Positions 53,409 through 63,627 of a DNA stretch of 64,000 nt are shown piece by piece. The notes beneath the pieces are model-generated. The model was not told the DNA's origin. It ran no database searches and worked only from the letters and a program-made list of their open reading frames with translations. Every line of letters starts with the position of its first letter. The stretch's first letter is position 1. The stretch spans positions 14,398-78,397 of the forward strand of contig JAIEPK010000091.1 of assembly GCA_019749875.1 (NCBI GenBank). Reading direction: 5' to 3'. The position numbers and the translations under genes are program-made. Source of the stretch: Candidatus Binatia bacterium (GTDB lineage Bacteria; Desulfobacterota; Binatia; UBA12015).

Positions 53409-53913
53409 GGCACCCGTCGTGACGGCAGACATCGGCCAGGTCATCCTCGACGCGCTGCTCGCGCGCGTGGCGACCGTCACGCAGGCGAACGGCTTCACCG
53501 CCGACATCGGGCGCGCAGTCTTCGACGCCATGACGTACGAGGACCCGCTCGTCGCCCCTCCCCCCTGCACGCTCTACCGAATCACGAGAGAGCAGCCCGA
53601 CAACGAGAAGCAGAGCTTCATCCGGGTGAAGCGCACGATCGACATCGCGTTCGGCTGGATCGTCAAGCATGCCGGCCCCGACCCGCAGGCCGTGGGGCGG
53701 TCGATCAACGCCGACCTGCACCAGGTCCTGATCGCCGACCTGTCCGTCTCGGCCCCTCTCGAGGGGGGCGGCATCGCGTCGATCCCCGTCGATCCGATCA
53801 CCGAGATCGCGCGCACCGTCTTCCCGAACGGCCCCGTCAAGGGCCTCGTCTACGGGCAGATCGACCTGTCGTTCCCGTTCTGGACGAGGTGCGAAAACTC
53901 TCGCCGACACTGA
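53401..53913 (+). CDS. Hypothetical tail-module protein (170 aa)
   Basis: GTG at 53401 overlapping the upstream stop by 8 nt. Confidence 0.4.
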   Translation: MAKAPVVTADIGQVILDALLARVATVTQANGFTADIGRAVFDAMTYEDPLVAPPPCTLYRITREQPDNEKQSFIRVKRTIDIAFGWIVKHAGPDPQAVGRSINADLHQVLIADLSVSAPLEGGGIASIPVDPITEIARTVFPNGPVKGLVYGQIDLSFPFWTRCENSRRH

Positions 53914-54067
53914 CCCCCTGCCACTTCAATCGTCCGCTCCCATACTCCTATCAGGCTGATCCCTCGCCACCCGGGCGAGGCTCCGTGTCTTCCGGTCCCC
54001 GGTCCCCTGATCCCCGCGCCCTCCGGGCGCTCGTTCATGCCGCGCCACCCGCGGCCGGGGACCACCA

Positions 54068-55063
54068 ATGGGAGTCAACAGGACTCGGAAGACGCTGTGC
54101 ACCGCCAAGATCGAGGGCGGCGGCTACGGCGTCGACGCGACGCCGACCGCCAGCGCGAACACGATGCTGCTGTTCGACGACGGCAACATCGTCCAGCGCG
54201 ACGTCAAGACGATCGAGAAGAAGCCGCTCCGTGTCTCGCTGACCGGGCAGAAGGACGGCATCGGGCGCTCGATCGCGAACGTCAATCTCAGCACCGTCCT
54301 CATGTCGCGCGGCGACGACACGGCCGCGCCGTGGCTCGACCCACTGCTCCGCATGTCGGGCCTCGCCGTTGCGACCGGCACCGAGGACACCTCGAAGAAG
54401 TTCTGGCGCTACACGCCGCGCAGCTCCGGATTCGAGTCGGCCACGATCTACGCCTACATGGACGGCTTCCTCTGGAAGGTGCCGGGCTGCTACGGCACGT
54501 TCACCCTCGACATGCAGGCCGGGCAGATGCCCGATCTCAAGTTCGAGGCCGCAGGCCTGTACGTCAAGCCGACGAACCAGGCGTTCCCGTCGGCCACGTA
54601 CCCGACGGACACGAAGCTCCAGGTCGAGAGCGAGCAGCTCGTCATCGGCCCGGACGGCGTCGGCTACTCGCCCGTGGTCCGGAGCATCAACCTCGTCTGG
54701 GGCATGGCGCGCGCGGAGCGCGGCGACTGCAACTCGCCGAAGGGCTTCAAGGGCTTCGACCCCAACGACCGCATGCCGAAGCTCACGCTGAAGGTCGAGG
54801 TCGAGGACACGCTCTCGAACAAGGACTTCTTCGCCTACCTCGACGACCAGCAGGCGCTCGGCGACGCCGCGATGGACGACGTCGAGTGGCAGCACGGCGA
54901 CGACGTGCAGTCGGCGATCGTCTTCAAGTGCAACGCGCCACAGCTCCTGTCGCACCCGTTCGAGGAGCAGGACGGCCTGCGCCTCTACACCCTGACCTAC
55001 AAGCTCCGGAACAACACCGACGACGGCGAGTTCTCGATGACGTTCCGCGAGGAGGAGTCCTGA
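54068..55063 (+). CDS. Putative major tail (tube) protein
   Basis: 331 aa. Located immediately before the G/GT chaperone pair and the tape measure gene. Confidence 0.55.
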   Translation: MGVNRTRKTLCTAKIEGGGYGVDATPTASANTMLLFDDGNIVQRDVKTIEKKPLRVSLTGQKDGIGRSIANVNLSTVLMSRGDDTAAPWLDPLLRMSGLAVATGTEDTSKKFWRYTPRSSGFESATIYAYMDGFLWKVPGCYGTFTLDMQAGQMPDLKFEAAGLYVKPTNQAFPSATYPTDTKLQVESEQLVIGPDGVGYSPVVRSINLVWGMARAERGDCNSPKGFKGFDPNDRMPKLTLKVEVEDTLSNKDFFAYLDDQQALGDAAMDDVEWQHGDDVQSAIVFKCNAPQLLSHPFEEQDGLRLYTLTYKLRNNTDDGEFSMTFREEES

Positions 55064-55152
55064 TCCGCTCCTGATGCTTGACGGGCGCCCCCATCGTGGG
55101 GCGCCCGCGCATCCGTCCCGTGCCCCACGCCCCCGTCACACCGGAGGATCAG

Positions 55153-55632
55153 ATGAACCCGTTCAAGATCGCGCCCATCACCGATGCCGAGCCCGGAGAG
55201 GTGCCCATCATGCAGGCCGAGGGCCAGCCGATGTGGACCTGCTACATCGAGCAGCTCACGCCCGAGGACCTCACGAAGGTGCTCGTTGGCCCGTCGATCG
55301 GCGGCCTGCGCGAGGGCTCGGACGCCGAGAAGAAGGCGAAGCGCTCGCGCATCAAGCGCTACGTCAAGCGCGTCTTCGCCGAGCAGGGCTGGACCGGCTG
55401 CACGCCGGCGAACGTCAAGGCGCTGCTGAAGCGCGCCTGCAAGAAGATCGACCTCGGACCGCTCGAAGATGCGGACGAGATCCCGTTCGACGTCGACTTC
55501 GCCTGCGACCTGCTGCTCGAGGCCCGTTCCGAGGACTTCGACCAGCCCATCCTGCGCGCCGTCAAGCATGGCGTCCAGAAGGCGCAGGAGATCGAGGAGG
55601 GAAACGAGAGCGGCTCCGAGCCTTCTGCCTGA
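55153..55632 (+). CDS. Tail assembly chaperone (G-like)
   Basis: GGAGGA RBS then ATG at 55153. Acidic 159-aa protein between the major tail and tape measure genes. Confidence 0.6.
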   Translation: MNPFKIAPITDAEPGEVPIMQAEGQPMWTCYIEQLTPEDLTKVLVGPSIGGLREGSDAEKKAKRSRIKRYVKRVFAEQGWTGCTPANVKALLKRACKKIDLGPLEDADEIPFDVDFACDLLLEARSEDFDQPILRAVKHGVQKAQEIEEGNESGSEPSA

Positions 55633-56048
55633 AGCTGTTTCGGCCGGGCGCGCCGAAGAGCTGCGAGGAGTGCTCCGACCTCCAGGAGCACTCCGACCAG
55701 CCGTGCTGGTTCCAAGACGGCTGCCCCTTCGACGACCTGGCCAACAGCCCGAGGCTCGGAGCAATCCTTCGCTTCGCGACCCGCACCATCGTCCACCAGG
55801 AGCTCCCCACCAGGGACGGCGGCAAGCAGCACCACTACGAGGTCCGACCCGACCTCTTCCAGCTCCGCTGCAAGACGAAGCAGGTCCCGCAGGCCCAGTG
55901 GGACGAGGCGCTCGACTACTGCGAGCTCGTCGCACGCGCCGCCACCGAGGCCCCCGACGTAGCGGCCGCGCCGAAGCACCGACGGCGCGGCGAACTGAAG
56001 AGGGTGACGCTTGGCCGCAGGCGACGAGAAGATCCGCGTAACGATTGA
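55153..56048 (+). CDS. Tail assembly chaperone G-T fusion made by -1 ribosomal frameshift at 55599-55605
   Basis: Frame relationship (G in frame 1, T extension in frame 0) and a canonical slippery site. Conserved siphovirus arrangement. Confidence 0.45.
55599..55605 (+). promoter_or_regulatory. Slippery heptamer G_GGA_AAC for a programmed -1 frameshift producing the G-T fusion chaperone
   Basis: XXXYYYZ heptamer is in the zero frame of the G gene. The -1 frame stays open to 56048 and encodes a Cys-rich extension (…CEECSDLQEHSDQPCWFQDGCPF…). Confidence 0.5.
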
Positions 56049-59000
56049 GGTCGACGACTCGGGTCTCCGGGTCTTCGACCAAGCGGGCAAGCTCGTCAAG
56101 CAGTTCGCGACGGAGGCCGGCAAGGCCGGGACCTCCGTCGACGAGCTGGCCGATGCGTTCACCGCTGGTCTCGTCGATGGTCTCGCGAAGGCCTCCGCCG
56201 AGACGGCCAAGCTCGAGGGCCGGCTGAAGGAGGAGCAGCGTCTCCTCGAGGCCGAGATCGAGCTCCGCAAACAGGTCAACGAGGGCGTGCTCTCGGAGAT
56301 CGACGCGCGTGCCCGGCTCGCGAGGGAGCAGGCGAAGGGCAACGAGGGCGTCGCCGACCTGCTCGAGCGCAACTCGCGCCTGAAGTCCGAGCTCGAGGGG
56401 CTCACCAAGGCCGGCAACGACAACACCGGGATGTGGCAGCGCCTGAAGTCCGGGGCGGAGTCCGTCAAGGGCGTGTTCGAGGGCGTCTTCTACGTCGTCG
56501 AGGGCGGCAAGGCCGCTTTCGAGGTTCTGCGCTCCGCGGGGGAGGTTGCATTCGATGGCCTCAACACGGCGGCGCGCACCTTTCGCGAGTCGACCATCAA
56601 CGGCATTGGCACGGAGTACCTCTCCGAGCTGACGGCGCTGGCCGAGGCCTCCGGCCGCGAGATGGACGACGTCCTCGACCTGGTGCGCGACGTCCGCAAG
56701 CGCGTCGGAGAGGCATCGACCGAGCTCGCGCGCGGCAACCTGACGAACACCTTCGTCGACGCGTTCAACCGTCTTGGTGCCGGCCCCGAGATGCTCAAGA
56801 AGTTCGCGACCGACACGGAGGCGGCGGTCGACTTCGTCATCTCGAAGATCGCACAGGCGAAGGACGACCCTCGGATTCAGTTCACGGTCCAGGAGCTGAC
56901 CAACTCGGGCTTCGAGAAGTTCGGCCCGATCGTCGCGGCACTCGGGGAGAAGGGCGTCGCGGAAGCGCGCGAGCAGGTCCGTGCACTCGGGCTTTCGATC
57001 TCGGATGAGACGGCAGCTCTGGCGCAGCGAACGCAGGCCAGCCTTAGTCTGATCGGGCAGGCCTTCGACGGCGTGATCCGTCAGTTGACGGCCGGAGCGG
57101 CGCCCGCACTAGAGGGCGCGTCGTCTCGCCTCGTGGCATTCGCCACCGACCTCGGAATCGCCGACGGACGGCTGCAAGACATCGGCGCCACCATCGGCGC
57201 CGGCGTCGCATCCTCGCTCGACTCGCTGATCGCGCTGGTCGAGCGACTCAGCACCGCCGCGAGCGAGGGGCGCTTCGGCGAGCAGCTCCTGGCGGAGCTG
57301 CAGAAGATCGGTCCTGCGGTCGAGCCGTACGCGCGCGAGGCCGGCGAGAAGATCGGCGAGTTCCTCGCCGAAGGCTTCCGTCGCGGCATCGCCGGCATGT
57401 TCTCGATCGACTGGTCGAAGCTCGCGGACCTGTCGGGCTTCGTCGATCCGATGGAGGCCTATGCCAAGGGCATCTCCGAGCGGGTCTCTGGCGCGTTCGA
57501 CGTCGACATCGCGCCGCTGACGTCGTCGGTAAACGCGGCTTCGAGCGCCATCACGCAGTTCAACACCGCCACCGCATCGGCCGCGGCGCAGAACGTCGAG
57601 GCGAACAACGCCTTCTCGTCGACGCGTGAGGTGCTCGGCCAGATGGCCGACGGCTCGCTGATCCTCGGCAAGAGCCTCATCCAGTCCGGCGAGGCGGCGA
57701 CGAAGGCGGGAGGCGGCTACCGAACGACGGGTGGTGCGGCCGGCCAGGCGGCGCAGGACCTCGCCAACTTCAACAAGGAGCTCGCGAAGCAGAGCGCCTC
57801 GCTCTCGGCCACGCAGGCGATCTACCAGCAGGCCGCTCGAGGCACGATCTCGCTCGCGCAGGCGGATCAGCAAGCCGCGGTCGCGAGTGCGACACTCGAA
57901 AAGGGCATCACCGACGAGAAGGCCAAGCTCGCCGCGCTCACGCTCGAGCGCCAGAAGGCCGCAGTCGAGACCGCGAAGGCCGCTGCTGCCGCTGCGGATC
58001 AGGTGCAGGCCGAACAGGCGAAGCTCGACGTCATGCGCCAGGTCGTTGCGGCAGGCGGCGACACCGAGGACGTCGCGCGCGCGGTGGCGCTCGCCGACAT
58101 CGAGCGCGCTGCCGCGGCGCAGCTCGCGAAGGGCGCGAACGAGGAAGACGTCGCTCTCCTCAAGCAGAAGCAGATCGCGCTCCTCGACACCGTCAAGGCG
58201 CAGCAGGAGCTGAACCAGGTCGCCACCGGCAAAGAGGAGCTGACGAAGCTCCGCGAGCAGCTCGCGATCACGCAGCAGCGCGCCGCCGGCACGCTAAGCG
58301 CGGTCGAGGCGGAGCGCCGGCTCGCGATCGCCGCCGCGGGCACGACCGAGGAGCTGCGCAAGCAGGCCGGCGAGAAGTTCGACCTCGTCAAGCAGATCGA
58401 GGACACCGAGAAGGGCTACGTCCATCTCGGCGACACCATCAAGGGCGCGTTCACGGACGTGTTCGATGCGCTCGTCGCCGGCACGCTCGACCTACAGGAC
58501 TCGCTGAAGAGCCTCGGGCTCGCCATCGGCAAGGACTTCTTCAATGCGATGCTCGAGTCGAAGTTCAAGGACTTCGACCCGACCGTCAAGGCCAATTTTC
58601 TTGAGCTGGGAGACTACGGCAAGGGCATCTTCGGGTCCCTGTTCGACGGCGTCGCGCGCATCTTCGGCGGCGGCGGTGGCGGTGGCTTCGTCGGGCCGCT
58701 GCTCGAGAACGGGACGATCGGCACCGGCGGCGGCGTGCCGGGACTCCTGGGCTTCGGCGGCGGCGGCGGTCTCGGATTGCTTGCGAACCTCGCGCTCAAC
58801 AGCGGCGGGTTCTTCGCCAACAGCAATCCGGGTGTGAGTCTCGGTCTGAGCGGCCTGAGTCTCGCGAATAGCGGACTCAGCCTCGCGACGGGCAGCGGCA
58901 TCATCGGCTCGCTCTTCGGCACCGGTGCTGCGTCTTCGACGATCGGGTCGCTGATTGGCGACACGGGCTCGGGCCTCGTCACCTCGCTCTTCGGCGACAC

Positions 59001-62000
59001 GGGCTCGAGCATCCTCGCCACGTCGCTCGGCACAGCCGGCGCCGTTGGTGGCGGCGTCGTCGGCGGCCTCGGTGGGGCCTACGCCGGCTGGCAGCTCGGC
59101 CAGGGCGGCCAGTCCGGCGCGCAGATCGCCGCATCGGCCGCGTCCGTCATCGCCGGTGGTGCGGCCGTCTACGCGTCGCTCACGGCGCTCGTCGCCGCGT
59201 CGACGTCCGCTCTGAATGCGATCCCCGTCATCGGCACCATCATCTACGCGATCATCGTCGCCCTGGCTGCGATCGCGGGCGCGATCACCGACATCACGCC
59301 CACCGCCGGCACGCTCCGCCGCCGCGCCGCGGAAGCCGCGCTCGATCAGACCGCGACCTTCGCCGCGCTGCAGAAGGACATGGGGGACCTGACGCGCAAG
59401 AAGTTCGCGCTCAACACGAACCCCGATCTCCCGCAGCAGCGCGAGTACATCGGCGACCAGGGCGTGACGGACCTCACCGGGTTCGCCACCGTGTTCGCAC
59501 AGACCGCCTTCGGGGGCTCGTTCGCGGCCGGCAAGGACCACGTCCAGGGCATCGCTCAGCAGTGGACGAACATCCTCACCGAGTTCTTCGCTCGGCTCGA
59601 CGGCTCCAGCGAGGAGGTCTCGGCGACGATCCGCGAGAATCTCCTCTCGGCCTTCCGCGACCTCGGCATCAACGACGCGACGAAGGCGTTCGAGATGCTC
59701 AACGGCGCCGCCGCGAACTTCAAGCTCAACACGGACACCTTCGACTACTTCCACGAGCAGATCGCCGGCGCCGAGTCCTTGGGCACGGCCGTGCGCGGCG
59801 TAGCCGGCATCTTCGAGCAGGAGCTTCCCCCGGGCGTGCATCTGGCGGCGCTCGCCCTGGAGAGCATGACGCGCGACGGGACGCGCGCGTTCTCCGATCT
59901 TGACTCGGCCGGTCACGACTCGCTCGTTCGCCTCGCCGACGACGCGAAGAGCTTCGATGCGCTCGTCGGGGCGCTCTTCTCCAACGGCTTCGAGATCGAC
60001 ACCGAAGACTTCGACCGCCGGATGAAGGACATCACCGCCTCCGCGGGCTTCGTCAGCGAGAACATTGGCGAGCTCTTCTCCGGGGCGTCGGTCGGCGAGG
60101 GGCTCGCGGCCTTCGGCGCCAAGCTGAAGGAGACGATCCTCGGTGCCGTGAGCGAGGCGTCGCTCGGCGACCTCTTCGACAACACCAACATCGCGGCGAG
60201 CTTCGAGCCCGTCTTCGCCGTACTGCGCCAGCTCAACGAGGGCGCCTACAAGAACGACGCTGGCCGCCTCGACTTCGGTGCGTTCGACGCCGACATGGTC
60301 GCGGCGATCGCCGAGGGCAAGGCGACGCTCGCGGACTACCTCCCGGAGATCATCGCGGCGCGCGATGCGATGCAGGAGTTCGAGAAGGCCATCGACGAGG
60401 CCCTGGAGCCGACTCCGGTAGAGGCGTTCTGGCTGGCGATGGAGGATCGGCTCCGCGCGAACACCGAGGCGGTGGAAGGCTTCGCCGCGAGCCTCTACGA
60501 CGCCGCGGCCCAAGCCGAGGCACTTCTCCCCGGCAGCGGGCAGGAGGTGGCTCGCGACCAGGCGCGCGCCGCGATCAGCGACGGTGCGCTCGGCGCGGCG
60601 CGCGCCGCCGCGGCGGAGGGCGTCGCCGCTGGCCCCGAGGGCGAGCGCCTTGCCGCACTCCAGACCGAGTTCCAGGCCAAGGTAAAGGCCGCGTTTGAGG
60701 GTGGCATCTCGACCGCCGAGCTCGGTGATCTCGCGAACCTCAAGGCCCGCATGGGCGAGGCCGGTCAAGCACTGGCCGACAAGATGTCGGAGTCCGCGAA
60801 GGTCTTCGACCAGCTCTTTGCGGCCGAGCGCTGGAAGGCCCAGGTCGACGCGGTCACCGATTCGCTCAAGGGCGCGATCGGCGGTGCGGGGCAGGCGTTC
60901 TTTGACGTCCTGAAAAACGGCGGCAGCGCCGAGGAGGCTGCGAAGGCGCTCGGCGACTCGTTCCGCTCGAGCGTCCAGCAGTCCGTCGTGCAGGGTATCA
61001 CCGATGCCGTTGTGCAGGGCGCGGTCATCCAGGGCGCGCTCGCGCCCCTGATCGCTGGCCTGCAGGGCGCCATCCAGGCCACCCTCCCCGGCGGGATCAA
61101 CGCGGCCGAGAGCCAATTCCTATCGGCCATCGTGGGCAAGATCGGCACGGAGACCAATAACGTCATCGGCCAGCTCACGCCGCTCTTCACCCAGCTCGGC
61201 ACGGCCGTCGGCGGGATCTTCGAGAACACCGACAAGACCGTCAAGAACATCGACGAGATCGACCGTCAGACGCGCGACGCCGACTATGGTGTCGACGAGA
61301 TGGCACGCCGCGCTGCGCGGCAGCTCGAGGAAGTCGGGAACGCCGTCCCACCGGCGACGGTGAGCGCCGTCAAGGACAACCTCGAGGCCCTCAAGGACGC
61401 GCTTCCCACCGAGGGTGCGTCGACCGACATCAAGGACGGACTCTCCAGGCTCGCGGGCGCCTTCTCCGACGTGCAGGCCGATACGATCGCCACCGGAGTA
61501 TCCGACCTGAAGGGTGCGCTCGGTGCCGACGGCGGCCTCGTCGCGGCGGCAAGCGAAGCAGGAAATGCGCTGGTGGGAGCGGGGGGCCTCACCGAGACCC
61601 TGGGCACCATCCAGGGAGCGCTCGGAGACCTTGGCGTCGCGGGCGCCGCCGACGATGCGTCCGGCGCGCTCCGCGACCAGCTTCAGGTCGCGACCGAATC
61701 GGCGGCCGATGTCCTGCAAGACCTCTTCTCGGCTCGCGTCGGGGATGCCGCGACCGCAGCGGAGCGCCTCGCGGGGCGTCTCGACGCCATCAAGCTGCCC
61801 GGTGCCGCGAAGGGTGGCACGTTCGGTGGCGGCACGGTCGTCGTGGGCGAGGAAGGCCCGGAGGTGGTGACCGCGCTGGACGGTGGGGGCTTCCACGTCG
61901 AGCCGATCTCTCGCGCGCAGATGAACATGCTGCTCGGCAACGGCATGCCGGGCTTCGCCGACGGCGGCTCGCTCATCCCGATCGGCCGTCGCGGCGGGAA

Positions 62001-63621
62001 TGGCGGCCGGCGTCCGGGTCTGCACCCCGCGCCGGTCGATCCTCGCACCACGCATCCTGGCTCCGACGACGAGGAGAAGACGATCAGCGTGTCGTTCTCC
62101 TTCGACTCTGCGATTGACGCATGGATGGAGACCGGCGACCCTGAGAAGCTGCGCGACGAGGTCCGGAAGTCGATCGGCGAAGGGATTCTCGAGGGCATGA
62201 AGCAGGGCCTCATGGCTCAGCTCGGGCTCGAGGAGTTCCAGAAGAAGATCGCCGAGGCGATCGACCGCGGCGCGAGCGCCGCCGAGCTCACCGCAATGGG
62301 CGAGGAGTTCGCAACCAAGGTCGAGGCCGGGATCACCGCAGCCGGCCCCGCCTTCGATGCGGTGGCGGAGGCCTTTGGCGTTGATGTGCAGGAGAAGCTC
62401 GACGAGATCGAGCTCGACCCGGTGCAGATGCTTTACGCCGCAGCGGCGCTCGGCGAGGAGGTGCGCGCTCGCCTTGGGGACTCGACGAAGGAGATCGGCG
62501 AAGCGCTGATCGCTGCCGCGCAGAAGGCCGCGCCTGTCGTCGGGGAGATGGTCGGCTCGTCACTGAAAGGTCTCTTGTCGGACCCCGACAAGCTCAACTT
62601 CGAGAACTTCTCGCAGAACCTCCGCGGCCAGATCTACCAGAACGTCGCCGGGGGCCTGATCGACGCGTTCATCCAGTCGGCGGTCATCCAGGGCGCACTG
62701 GCTCCGATGCTCGGCGCGATCTCGGTGATCTTCGACCAGATCGGAAAGAAGCAGCTCACCATCTCCGAGGCCAACGGCCTGATCGCGCAGCAGATCGGTC
62801 TGATCAACGGCGTGCTCGACGACCCGGCGTTCAAGGACACGCTCGAGACGCTGATCGGTGGCGTCGCCGACATCGGCAAGAACCTCAACGCCTTCCCACC
62901 GGCGGCGCGCGAAGTCGCGGATTCCGCTGTCGAGGTGCAGGACGCTGCCACCGCGGCGCAGGAGAAGGTCTGCGACGGCGAGTGCGAGCTCCAGAAGGAG
63001 ATCATCGAATACGGAGCAACGGCGCTCAATGCCGCCGGTCGCAAGGGCGAGATCACCGACACCGTCTATCGCGAAGCGACCTTCGTGCCATCGGGGGATC
63101 ATAGCGTCGCGGGCTGGTACGATCGCGAGCGCAAGCTCGCGCAGCGCCGGAGAATCCCCGCATTCGCGGACGGCGGAGTCGTCACGCAGCCGACCATCGC
63201 TCTCGTCGGCGAGGCCGGTCCGGAAGCGATCATCCCGCTCGGCGGCGCGGCCGGGCGCGACGACTCCATCGCGGACGCGATCGCGGCGCTCTCGGGGCAA
63301 GGAACGGGCGGCAACGACGCACCCGCCGGCGACATCGGGAGCATCCCGCGTGCCGTGCGAATCGCCAATGCGGCGCCATCGCGCGGCGGGGCGACGTCTA
63401 CCGACGTGATTCGAGAGCTCATCGCAGAGCTGCGCGCTCTCCGCGGGGCGCTCGCCGGCGGCTCCGCGAATCCGGCTCTGGAGCGCCTCGCTGCGCGCAT
63501 CGGGGACCTCGCCGACCGCCCACTACGGGCGAACCTGCGGATCGGCGAGCACGAGTTCATCGACGTCATCGACGACGCGTTCCGCACGGCCCGGCAGTCC
63601 GGGAGACAGATCGGAGGTTGA
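56011..63621 (+). CDS. Tail tape measure protein (2536 aa)
   Basis: Very long Ala/Glu/Leu-rich coiled coil with a central Gly-rich TM-like segment (58.68-59.3 kb). Sits after the G/GT genes. Confidence 0.85.
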   Translation: MAAGDEKIRVTIEVDDSGLRVFDQAGKLVKQFATEAGKAGTSVDELADAFTAGLVDGLAKASAETAKLEGRLKEEQRLLEAEIELRKQVNEGVLSEIDARARLAREQAKGNEGVADLLERNSRLKSELEGLTKAGNDNTGMWQRLKSGAESVKGVFEGVFYVVEGGKAAFEVLRSAGEVAFDGLNTAARTFRESTINGIGTEYLSELTALAEASGREMDDVLDLVRDVRKRVGEASTELARGNLTNTFVDAFNRLGAGPEMLKKFATDTEAAVDFVISKIAQAKDDPRIQFTVQELTNSGFEKFGPIVAALGEKGVAEAREQVRALGLSISDETAALAQRTQASLSLIGQAFDGVIRQLTAGAAPALEGASSRLVAFATDLGIADGRLQDIGATIGAGVASSLDSLIALVERLSTAASEGRFGEQLLAELQKIGPAVEPYAREAGEKIGEFLAEGFRRGIAGMFSIDWSKLADLSGFVDPMEAYAKGISERVSGAFDVDIAPLTSSVNAASSAITQFNTATASAAAQNVEANNAFSSTREVLGQMADGSLILGKSLIQSGEAATKAGGGYRTTGGAAGQAAQDLANFNKELAKQSASLSATQAIYQQAARGTISLAQADQQAAVASATLEKGITDEKAKLAALTLERQKAAVETAKAAAAAADQVQAEQAKLDVMRQVVAAGGDTEDVARAVALADIERAAAAQLAKGANEEDVALLKQKQIALLDTVKAQQELNQVATGKEELTKLREQLAITQQRAAGTLSAVEAERRLAIAAAGTTEELRKQAGEKFDLVKQIEDTEKGYVHLGDTIKGAFTDVFDALVAGTLDLQDSLKSLGLAIGKDFFNAMLESKFKDFDPTVKANFLELGDYGKGIFGSLFDGVARIFGGGGGGGFVGPLLENGTIGTGGGVPGLLGFGGGGGLGLLANLALNSGGFFANSNPGVSLGLSGLSLANSGLSLATGSGIIGSLFGTGAASSTIGSLIGDTGSGLVTSLFGDTGSSILATSLGTAGAVGGGVVGGLGGAYAGWQLGQGGQSGAQIAASAASVIAGGAAVYASLTALVAASTSALNAIPVIGTIIYAIIVALAAIAGAITDITPTAGTLRRRAAEAALDQTATFAALQKDMGDLTRKKFALNTNPDLPQQREYIGDQGVTDLTGFATVFAQTAFGGSFAAGKDHVQGIAQQWTNILTEFFARLDGSSEEVSATIRENLLSAFRDLGINDATKAFEMLNGAAANFKLNTDTFDYFHEQIAGAESLGTAVRGVAGIFEQELPPGVHLAALALESMTRDGTRAFSDLDSAGHDSLVRLADDAKSFDALVGALFSNGFEIDTEDFDRRMKDITASAGFVSENIGELFSGASVGEGLAAFGAKLKETILGAVSEASLGDLFDNTNIAASFEPVFAVLRQLNEGAYKNDAGRLDFGAFDADMVAAIAEGKATLADYLPEIIAARDAMQEFEKAIDEALEPTPVEAFWLAMEDRLRANTEAVEGFAASLYDAAAQAEALLPGSGQEVARDQARAAISDGALGAARAAAAEGVAAGPEGERLAALQTEFQAKVKAAFEGGISTAELGDLANLKARMGEAGQALADKMSESAKVFDQLFAAERWKAQVDAVTDSLKGAIGGAGQAFFDVLKNGGSAEEAAKALGDSFRSSVQQSVVQGITDAVVQGAVIQGALAPLIAGLQGAIQATLPGGINAAESQFLSAIVGKIGTETNNVIGQLTPLFTQLGTAVGGIFENTDKTVKNIDEIDRQTRDADYGVDEMARRAARQLEEVGNAVPPATVSAVKDNLEALKDALPTEGASTDIKDGLSRLAGAFSDVQADTIATGVSDLKGALGADGGLVAAASEAGNALVGAGGLTETLGTIQGALGDLGVAGAADDASGALRDQLQVATESAADVLQDLFSARVGDAATAAERLAGRLDAIKLPGAAKGGTFGGGTVVVGEEGPEVVTALDGGGFHVEPISRAQMNMLLGNGMPGFADGGSLIPIGRRGGNGGRRPGLHPAPVDPRTTHPGSDDEEKTISVSFSFDSAIDAWMETGDPEKLRDEVRKSIGEGILEGMKQGLMAQLGLEEFQKKIAEAIDRGASAAELTAMGEEFATKVEAGITAAGPAFDAVAEAFGVDVQEKLDEIELDPVQMLYAAAALGEEVRARLGDSTKEIGEALIAAAQKAAPVVGEMVGSSLKGLLSDPDKLNFENFSQNLRGQIYQNVAGGLIDAFIQSAVIQGALAPMLGAISVIFDQIGKKQLTISEANGLIAQQIGLINGVLDDPAFKDTLETLIGGVADIGKNLNAFPPAAREVADSAVEVQDAATAAQEKVCDGECELQKEIIEYGATALNAAGRKGEITDTVYREATFVPSGDHSVAGWYDRERKLAQRRRIPAFADGGVVTQPTIALVGEAGPEAIIPLGGAAGRDDSIADAIAALSGQGTGGNDAPAGDIGSIPRAVRIANAAPSRGGATSTDVIRELIAELRALRGALAGGSANPALERLAARIGDLADRPLRANLRIGEHEFIDVIDDAFRTARQSGRQIGG

Positions 63622-63627
63622 GGAGAG

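Noticed and set aside
58680-59300. Gly-rich tandem repeats, considered as a possible CRISPR or repeat array
   Set aside because: It is the coding Gly/Ser-rich hydrophobic segment typical of tape measure proteins. No spacer-repeat periodicity. No cas genes anywhere in the window.
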